Assembly: GCF_006345805.1 (NCBI RefSeq)
Contig: NW_021833287.1
Coordinates: 1-64,000, forward strand
Reading direction: 5' to 3'
DNA: 64,000 bases
Source: Octopus sinensis
Taxonomy: Eukaryota
Part shown: piece by piece, positions 54,701-64,000 of the stretch
Numbering within the stretch: position 1 is the first letter of the stretch
Layout of the letters: every line of letters begins with the position of its first letter
Notes under the pieces: model-generated
What the model was told of the DNA's origin: nothing
Seen by the model: only the letters and a program-made list of their open reading frames with translations
Database searches by the model: none
Position numbers and translations under genes: made by a program

Positions 54701-57700
54701 TGAACATTCCAGAGAGGGGGATTTTAGAGGAGAAGGGGAGGAAGGGGAGGGAGGAATGTTGAACATTCCAGAGAGGGGGATTTGAGAGGAGAAGGGGAGG
54801 AAGGGGAGGAAGGATTGTTGAACATTCCAGAGGGGGATTTAGAGGAGAAGGGGAGGAAGGGGAGGAAGGGGAGGGAGGAATGTTGAACATTCAGAGAGGG
54901 GGATTTGAGAGGAGAAGGGGAGGAAGGGGAGGAAGGATTGTTGAACATTCCAGAGAGGGGGATTTTAGAGGAGAAGGGGAGGAAGGGGAGGGAGGAATGT
55001 TGAACATTCCAGAGAGGGGGATTTGAGAGGAGAAGGGGAGGAAGGGGAGGGAGGATGTTGAACATTCCAGAGAGGGGTATTTGAGGGAGAAGGGGAGGGG
55101 AGGAAGGGGAGGAAGGATTGTTGAACATTCCAGAGAGGGGGATTTTAGAGGAGAAGGGGAGGAAGGGGAGGGAGGAATGTTGAACATTCCAGAGAGGGGG
55201 ATTTTAGAGGAGAAGGGGAGGAAGGGGAGGAAGGATTGTTGAACATTCCAGAGAGGGGGATTTTAGAGGAGAAGGGGAGGAAGGGGAGGGAGGAATGTTG
55301 AACATTCCAGAGAGGGGGATTTGAGAGGTGAAGGGGAGGAAGGGGAGAAAGGAATGTTGAACATTCCAGAGAGGGGGATTTGAGAGGAGAATGGGAGGAA
55401 GGTGTGGAAGGAATGTTGAACATTCCAGAGAGGGGGATTTTAGAGGAGAAGGGGAGGAAGGGGAGGAGGAATGTTGAACATTCCAGAGAGGGGGATTTGA
55501 GAGGAGAAGGGGAGGAAGGGGAGGAAGGATTGTTGAACATTCCAGAGAGGGGGATTTTAGAGGAGAAGGGGAGGAAGGGGAGAGAGGAATGTTGAACATT
55601 CCAGAGAGGGGGATTTAGAGGAGAAGGGGAGGAAGGGGGGGAAGGATTGTTGAACATTCCAGAGAGGGGGATTTTAGAGGAGAAGGGGAGGAAGGGAGGG
55701 AGGAATGTTGAACATTCCAGAGAGGGGGATATTAGAGGAGAAGGGGAGGAAGGGGAGGGAGGAATGTTCACATTCCAGAGAGGGGGGGTTTAGAGGAGAA
55801 GGGAGGAAGGGGAGGAAGGATTGTTGAACATTCCAGAGAGGGGGATTTTGAGAGGAGAAGGGGAGGAAGGGGAGGGAGGAATGTTGAACATTCCAGAGAG
55901 GGGGATTTGAGAGGAGAAGGGGAGAAAGGATTGTTGAACATTCCAGAGAGGGGGATTTGAGAGGAGAAGGGGAGGAAGGGGAGGAGGGAGGGAGGAATGT
56001 TCAACAATCAGAGAGGGGGATTTGAGAGGAGAAGGGGAGGAAGGGGTGGAAGGAATGTTGAACATTCCAGAGAGGGGGATTTTAGAGGAGAAGGGGAGGA
56101 AGGGGAGGGAGGAATGTTGAACATTCCAGAGAGGGGGATTTGAGAGGAGATGGGGAGGAAGGGGAGGAAGGATTGTTGAACATTCCAGAGAGGGGGATTT
56201 TAGAGGGAAGGGAGGAAGGGGAGGGGGAGGGAGGAATGTTGAACATTCCAGAGAGGGGGATTTGAGAGGAGATGGGGAGGAAGGGGAGGAAGGATGTTGA
56301 ACATTCCAGAGAGGGGGATTTTAGAGGAGAAGGGGAGGGGAGGAAGGGGAGGAAGGATTGTTGAACATTCCAGAGAGGGGGATTTTAGAGGGAAGGGGAG
56401 GAAGGGGAGGGAGGAATGTTGAACATTCCAGAGAGGGGGATTGAGAGAGGAGAAGGGGAGGAAGTGGAGGGAGAATGTTGAACATTCCAGAGAGAGGGGA
56501 TTTGAGAGGAGAAGGGGAGGAAGGGGAGGAAGGATTGTTGAACATTCCAGAGAGGGGGATTTTAGAGGAGAAGGGAGGAAGGGGGGGGAGGAATGTTGAA
56601 CATTCCAGAGAGGGGGATTTTAGAGTGAAGGGGAGGAAGGGGGAGAAAGGAATGTTGAACATTCCAGAGAGGGGGATGAGAGGAGAATGGGAGGAAGGGT
56701 GGAAGGAATGTTGAACATTCCAGAGAGGGGATTTTAGAGGAGAAGGGGAGGAAGGGGAGGGAGGAATGTTGAACATTCCAGAGAGGGGGATGGATTTGAG
56801 AGGAGAAGGGGAGGAAGGGGAGGAAGGATTGTTGAACATTCCAGAGAGGGGGATTTTAGAGGAGAAGGGGAGGAAGGGGAGGGAGGAATGTTGAACATTC
56901 CAGAGAGGGGGATTTCAGAGGAGAAGGGGAGGAAGGAAGGGGAAGGGAGGAGGAGGATTGTTGAACATTCCAGAGAGGGGATTTTAGAGGAGAAGGGGAG
57001 GAGGGAAGGGAGGAGGAATGTTGAACATTCCAGAGAGGGGGATTTTAGAGGAGAAGGGGAGGAAGGGGAGGGAGGAATGTTGAACATTCCAGAGAGGGGA
57101 TGAGAGGAGAAGGGGAGGGGAGAAGGGGAGGGGAGGAGGATTGTTGAACATTCCAGAGAGGGGATTTAGAGGAGAAGGGGAGGAAGGGGAGGGAGGAATG
57201 TTGAACATTCCAGAGAGGGGGATTTGAGAGGAGAAGGGGAGGAAGGGGAGGGAGGAATGTTGAACATCCAGAGAGAGGGGATTTGAGAGGAGAGGGGAGG
57301 AAGGGGAGGAAGGATTGTTGAACATTCCAGAGGGGGGGATTTGAGAGGAGAAGGGGAGGAGGGGGGAAGGGGAGGGAGGAATGTTGAACATTCCAGAGAG
57401 GGGGATTTGAGAGGAGAAGGGGAGGAAGGGGAGGAAGGAATTGTTGAACATTCCAGATAGGGGATTTAGAGAAGAGGAGGAAGGGGAGAAAGGATTGTTG
57501 AACATTCCAGAGAGGGGATTTTAGAGAAGGGGAGGAAGGGGAGGGAGGAATGTTGAACATTCCAGAGAGGGGGATTTGAGAGGTGAAGGGGAGGAAGGGG
57601 AGGAAGGGGTGAAGGAATGTTGAACATTCCAGAGAGGGGGATTTGAGAGGAGAATGGGAGGAAGGTGTGGAAGGAATGTTGAACATTCCAGAGAGGGGGA

Positions 57701-60700
57701 TTTTAGAGGAGAAGGGGAGGAAGGGGAGGGAGGAATGTTGAACATTCCAGAGAGGGGGATTTGAGAGGAGAAGGGGAGGAAGGGGAGGAAGGATTGTTGA
57801 ACATTCCAGAGAGGGGGATTTTAGAGGAGAAGGGGAGGAAGGGGAGGGAGGAATGTTGAACATTCCAGAGAGGGGGATTTGAGAGGAGAAGGGGAGGAAG
57901 GGGAGGAAGGATTGTTGAACATTCCAGAGAGGGGGATTTTAGAGGAGAAGGGGAGGAAGGGGAGGGAGGAATGTTGAACATTCCAGAGAGGGGGATTTGA
58001 GAGGAGAAGGGGAGGAAGGGGAGGGAGGAGGATTGTTGAACATTCCAGAGAGGGGGATTTTAGAGGAGAAGGGGAGGAAGGGGAGGGAGGAATGTTGAAC
58101 ATTCCAGAGAGGGGGATTGAGAGGAGAAGGGGAGGAAGGGGAGGGAGGAATGTTGAACATTCCAGAGAGGGGGATTTGAGAGGAGAAGGGGAGGAAGGAT
58201 TGTTGAACATTCCAGAGAGGGGGATTTTAGAGGAGAAGGGGAGGAAGGGGAGGGAGGAATGTTGAACATTCCAGAGAGGGGGATTTGAGAGGAGAAGGGA
58301 GGAAGGGGAGGGAGGAATGTTGAACATTCCAGAGAGGGGGATTTGAGAGGAGAAGGGGAGGAAGGGGAGGAAGGAATGTTGAACATTCCAGAGAGGGGAT
58401 TGAGAGAGAAGGGGAGGAAGGGGAGGGAGGAGGAATGTTGAACATTCCAGAGAGGGGGATTTGAGAGGAGAAGGGGAGGAAGGGGAGGAAGGATTGTTGA
58501 ACATTCCAGAGAGGGGGATTTTAGAGGAGAAGGGGAGAAGGGGAGGGAGGAATGTTGAACATTCCAGAGAGGGGGATTGAGAGGAGAAGGGGGAAGGGAA
58601 GGAGGAATGTTGAACATTCCAGAGAGGGGTTTTGAGAGGAGAAGGGGAGGAGAAGGGAGGAAGGATTGTTGAACATTCCATGAGGGGGATTTTAGAGGAG
58701 AAGGGGAGGAAGGGGAGGGAGGAATGTTGAACATTCCAGAGAGGGGGATTTGAGAGGAGAAGGGGAGGTAGGGGGAGGAAGGAATGTTGAACATTCCAGA
58801 GAGGGGAATTTAGAGAGGGGGATTTCAGAGGAGAAGGGGAGGAAGGGGAGGAAGGATTGTTGAACATTCCAGATAGGGGATATTAGGGGAGAAGGGAGGA
58901 AGGGGAGGGAGGAATATTGAACATTCCAGAGAGGGGATTTGAGAGGAGAAGGGGAGAAGGGGAGGAAGGATTGTTGAACATTCCAGAGAGGGGATTTTAG
59001 AGTAGAAGGGGAGGAAGGGGAGGGGAGGAATGTTGAACATTCCAGAGAGGGTGATTTGAGAGGTGAAGGGAAGGAGGGGGAGGAGGATTGTTGAACATTC
59101 CAGAGAGGGGGATTTTGATTTAGAGGAGAAGGGGAGGAAGGGGAGGGAGGAATGTTGAACTTTCCAGAGAGGGGGATTTGAGAGGAGAATGTGAGGAAGG
59201 GGTGGGAGGAATGTTGAACATTCCAGAGAGGGGGATTTTAGAGGTGAAGGGGAGGAAGGGGAGGAGGAAGGGGAGAAAGGAATGTTGAACATTCCAGAGA
59301 GGGGGATTTGAGAGGAAAAGGGAGGTACGGGAGGGAGGAATGTTGAACATTCCAGAGAGGGGATTTGAAAGGTGAAGGGGAGGAAGGGGAGAGGAATGTT
59401 GAACATTCCAGAGACGGGATTTGAGAGAGAATGGGAGGAGAGGGAGGAGGGAGGAATCTTGAACATTCCAGAGAGGGGGATTTGAGAGGTGAAGGGGAGG
59501 AAGGCGAGAGAGAAAGGAATGTTCAACATTCCAGAGAGGGGGATTTTAGAGGAGAAGGGGAGGAAGGGGAGGAAGGATTGTTGAACATTCCAGAGAGGGG
59601 GATTTTAGAGGAGAAGGGGAGGAAGGGGAGGGAGGAATGTTGAACATTCCAGAGAGGGGGATTTAGAGAGAAGGGGAGGAACGGGAGGAAGGATTGTTGA
59701 ACATTCCAGAGAAGGGGATGTTAGAGGAGAAGGGAGGAAGGGGAGGGAGGAAAGTTGAACATTCCAGAGAGGGGGATTTGAGAGGTGAAGGGGAGGAAGG
59801 GGAGGGAGGAATGTTGAAAATTCCAGAGAGGGGATTTGAGAGGAGAATGGGAGGAAGGTGAGGGAGGAATGTTGAACATTCCAGAGAGGGAGATTTGAGA
59901 GGTGAAGGGGAGGACGGGGAGAAAGGAATGTTCAACATTCCAGAGAGGGGGATTATAGAGGAGAAGGGGAGGAAGGGGAGGAAGGATTGTTGAACATTCC
60001 AGATAGGGGGATTTTAGAGAAGAGGAGGAAGAGGAGAAAGGATTGTTGAACATTCCAGAGAGGGGGATTTTAGAGGAGAAGGGGAGGAAGGGGAGGGAGG
60101 AATGTTGACATTCCAGAGAGGGGGATTTGAGAGGTGAAGGGGAGGAAGGGAGAGAAAGGAATGTTGAACATTCCAGAGAGGGGGATTTGAGAGGAGAATG
60201 GGAGGAAGGTGTGGGAGGAATGTTGAACATTCAAGAGAGGGGGATTTTAGAGGAGAAGGGGAGGAAGGGGAGTGAGGAATATTGAACATTCTTCCAGAGA
60301 GGGGGATTTGAGAGGAGAAGAGGAGGAAGGGGAGGAAGGATTGTTGAACATTCCAGAGAGGGGGATTTGAGAGGAGAATTGGATGTACGGGAGGGAGGAA
60401 TGTTGAACATTCCAGAGAAGGGGATTTGAGAGGTAAGGGGAGGAAGGGGAGGGAGGAATGTTGAACATTCCAGAGGGGGATTGAGAGGAGAATGGGAGGA
60501 AGGGAAGGAGGAATGTTGAACATTCCAGAGAGGGGGTTTGAGAGGGAATGGGAGGAAGGGTGGGAGGAATTTTGAACATTCCAGAGAGGGGGATTTTGAG
60601 AGGTGAAGGGGAGGGAAGGAAGAGGGAGGAGAAAGGAAGTTGAACATTCCAGAGAGGGGGATTTGAGAGGAGAATGGAGGAAGTTGTGGGAGGAATGTTG

Positions 60701-63700
60701 AACATTCCAGAGGGGGGATTTTAGAGGATGAAGGGAGGAAGGGTAGAAAGGAAATTTGAACATTCCAAAGAGCGGGATTTGAAGATGGAAGGGAGGAAGG
60801 GTGTTGGAGGAATGTTGAACATTCCAGAGAGGGGGATTTAAATGAGAAGGGGGGAAGGGAGGGAGGGAATATTGAACATTCCAGAGAGGGGGATTTGAGA
60901 GGAGAAGGAGGAAGGGGAGGAAGGATTGTTGAACATTCCAGAGAGGGGGATTTTAGAGGAGAAGGGGAGGAAGGGGAGGGAGGAATGTTGAACATTCCAG
61001 AGAGGGATTGGAGGGATTTGAGAGGTGAAGGGGAGGAAGAGGAGGGAGGATTGTTGAACATTCCAGAGAGGGGGATTTTAGAGGAGAAGGGGAGGAAGGG
61101 GAGGGAGGAATTTGAACATTCCAGAGAGGGGGATTTGAGAGGAGAATGTGAGGAAGGGTGGGAGGAATGTTGAACATTCCAGAGAGGGGGATTGAGAGGT
61201 GAAGGGGAGGAAGGGGAGAAAGAATGTTGTTGACTTCCAGAGAGGGGGATTTGAGAGGAAAATGGGAGGTAGGGAGGGAGGAATGTTGAACATTCCAGAG
61301 AGGGTTATTTGAGAGGTGAAGGGGAGGAAGGGGAGGAGGAAGTGAATTTGAACATTCCAGAGGGGGGATTTGAGAGGGAATGGAGGAAGGTGAGGGAGGA
61401 ATGTTGAACATCCAGAGAGGGAGATTTGAGAGGTGAAGCGGAGGAAGGGGAGAAGGAATGTTGAACATTCCAGAGAGGGGGATTTTAGAGGAGAAGGGGA
61501 GGAAGGGGAGGAGGAATTGTTGAACATTCCAGAGAGGGGGATTTAGAGGAGAAGGGAGGAAAAGGAGGAAGGATGTTGAACATTCCAGAGAGGGGGATTT
61601 TAGAGGAGAAGGGGGGAAGGGAGGGAGGAATGTTGAACATTCCAGAGGGGGGATTTGAGAGGTGAAGGGGAGGAAGGGGAGGGAGGATTGTTGAACATTC
61701 AGAGAGGCGGATTTTGAGAGAGAGAAGGGGAGGAAGGGGAGGGAGGAATGTTGAACATTCCAGAGAGGGGGATTTGAGAGGAGAATGTGAGGAAGGGGAG
61801 GGAGGAATGTTGAACATTCCAGAGAGGGGGATTAGAGGTGAAGGGGAGGAAGGGGAGAAAGGAATGTTGAACATTCCAGAGAGGGGGATTTGAGAGGTGA
61901 AGGGAAGGAAGGGGAGGGAGGATTGTTGAAAATTCCAGAGAGGGGGATTTTAGAGGAGAAGGGGAGGAAGGGGAGGGAGGAATGTTGAACATTCCAGAGA
62001 GGGGGGATTGAGAGGAGAAGTGAGAAGGGGTGGGAGGAATGTTGAACATTCCAGAGAGGGGGATTTAGAGGTGAAGGGGAGGAAGGGGAGAAAGGAATGT
62101 TGAACATTCCAGAGAGGGGGATTTGAGATGAAAATGGGAGGTACGGGAGGGAGGAATGTTGAACATTCCAGAGAGGGGGATTTGAGAGGTGAAGGGGAGG
62201 AAGGGGAGGGAGGAATGTTGAACATTCCAGAGAGGGGGATTTGAGAGGAGAATGGGAGGAAGGTGAGGGAGGAATGTTGAACATTCCAGAGAGGGAGATT
62301 GGAGAGGTGAAGGGGAGGAAAAAGGAGAAAGGAATGTTCAACATTCCAGAGAGGGGGATTTTAGAGGAGAAGGGGAGGAAGGGGAGGAAGGATGTTGAAC
62401 ATTCCAGATAGGGGGATTTTAGAGGAGAATGGGGAGGAAAGGAGGAGGAAGGATGTTGAACATTCCAGAGAGGGGGATTTAGAGGAGAAGGGGAGGAAGG
62501 GGAGGGAGGAATGTTGAACATTCCAGTGAGGGGGATTTTAGAGGAGAAGGGGAGGAAGGGGAGGAAGGATTTTTGAACATTCCAGAGAAGGGGATGTTAG
62601 AGGAGAAGGGGAGGAAGGGGAGAAAGGAATGTTGAACATTCCAGAGAGGGGGATTTTAGAGGTGAGGGGAGGAAGGGGAGAAAGGAATGTTGAACATTCC
62701 AGAGAGGGGGATTTGAGATGATGAAAATGGGAGGCGGGAGGGAGGAATGTTGAACATTCCAGAGAGGGGGATTTGAGAGAGGTGAAGGGAAGGGGAGGGA
62801 GGGGAGGGAGGAATGTTGAACATTCAGAGAGGGGGATTTGAGAGGAGAATGGGAGGAAGGGGAGGGAGGAATGTTGAACATTCCAGAGAGGGAGATTGGA
62901 GAGGTGAAGGGGAGAGGGGAGGAAAAAGGAGAAAGGAATGTTCAACATTCCAGAGAGGGGGATTTAGAGGAGAAGGGGAGGAAGGGGAGGAAGGATTGTT
63001 GAACATTCCAGAGAGGGGGATTTTAGAGGAGAAGGGGAGGAGGGGAGGGAGGAATGTTGAACATTCCAGAGAGGGGGATTTAGAGGAGAAGGGGAGGAAG
63101 GGGAGGAAGGATGTTGAACATTCCAGAGAAGGGGATGTTAGAGGAGAAGGGGACGAAGGGGGGAGGGAGGAGGAAAGTTGAACATTCCAGAGAGGGGGAT
63201 TGAGAGGTGAAGGGGGGGAGGAAGGGAGGGAGGAATGTTGAACATTCCAGAGAGGGAGATTTGAGAGGTGAAGGGAGGACGGGGAGAAAGGAATGTTCAA
63301 CCTTCCAGAGAGGGGGATTATAGAGGAGAAGGGGAGGAAGAGGAGGAAGGATTGTGAAACATTCCAGATAGGGGGATTTTAGAGAAGAGGAGGAAGAGGA
63401 GAAAGGATTGTTGAACATTCCAGAGGGGGGGATTTTAGAGGAGAAGGGGAGGAAGTGGAGGGAGGAATGTTGAACATTCCAGAGAGGGGGATTTGAGAGG
63501 AGAAGGGGAGGAAGGGGAGGAAGGATTGTTGAACATTCCAGAGAGGGGGATTTTACAGGAGAAGGGGAGGGAGGAATGTTGAACATTCCAGAGTGGGGGA
63601 TTTGAGAGGAGAATGGGACGAAGGGGTGGGAGGAATGTTGAACATTCCAGAGAGGGGGATTTGAGAGGTGAAGGGGAGGAAGGGGAGAAAGGAATGTTGA

Positions 63701-64000
63701 ACATTCCAGAGAGGGGGATTTGAGAGGAGAATGGGAGGAAGGTGTGGGAGGAATGTTGAATATTCCAGAGAGGGCGATTTGAGAGAGGAGAAGGGAGGAA
63801 AGGGAGGAAGGATTGTTGAACATTCCAGAGAGGGGGATTTTAGAGGAGAAGGGGAGGAAGGGGAGGGAGGAATGTTGAACATTCCAGAGAGGGGGATTTG
63901 AGAGCTGAAGGGGAGGAAGGGGTGGGAAGTATGTTGAACATCCAAAGAGGGGGATTTGAGAGGTGAAGGGGAGGAAGGGGAGAAAGGAATATTGAACATT
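48746..64000. repeat. 59-bp purine-rich satellite array, ~260 units, runs off the window
   Basis: Unit GTTGAACATTCCAGAGAGGGGGATTT(G/T)AGAGGAGAAGGGGAGGAAGGGGAGG(G/A)AGGA(A/T)T, e.g. starts at 49221 and 49280. Many 1-bp indels fall in the G runs. Confidence 0.98.

Noticed and set aside
48606-64000. Dozens of long Pro/Ser/Leu-rich ORFs (up to 508 aa) on the minus strand
   Set aside because: They translate the pyrimidine strand of the 59-bp satellite. The unit is not a multiple of 3, frames switch at every indel, and all frames give similar peptides.

Overview
AT-rich, microsatellite-saturated eukaryotic DNA. The repeat families and the (TA)n/(CA)n/(GATA)n/(AAT)n load look like an octopus (coleoid cephalopod) genome; this is pattern recognition, not a database result. 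Bases 1-48.7 kb are a mosaic of decayed mobile elements: a ~1.2 kb Tc1/mariner with TA target sites and DD36E spacing, Tx1/L1-like and RTE-like LINE pieces, a Chapaev-like transposase fragment, Helentron-type non-autonomous elements, an (AAT)n-tailed retroposon and many SINEs. There is also a 24-copy 71-bp minisatellite and a 505-bp tandem duplication. From ~48.75 kb to the window end is a 59-bp purine-rich satellite (~260 units), which produces almost all long ORFs in the track; these are spurious. No intact, identifiable protein gene is present. Two phase-compatible candidate exons (28936-29265, 34657-34728, + strand) may belong to an unidentified gene. The most notable signal is a set of type I hammerhead-ribozyme motifs in Penelope-like repeat modules. 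The best case is a back-to-back, ~98% identical inverted pair at 15.0-15.7 kb with complete catalytic cores; further minimal or relic copies lie at 5.8, 7.3-7.6, 20.7 and 40.6 kb. Also notable: each satellite unit carries a hairpin palindrome overlapping a heat-shock-element-like motif, next to four G-tracts.
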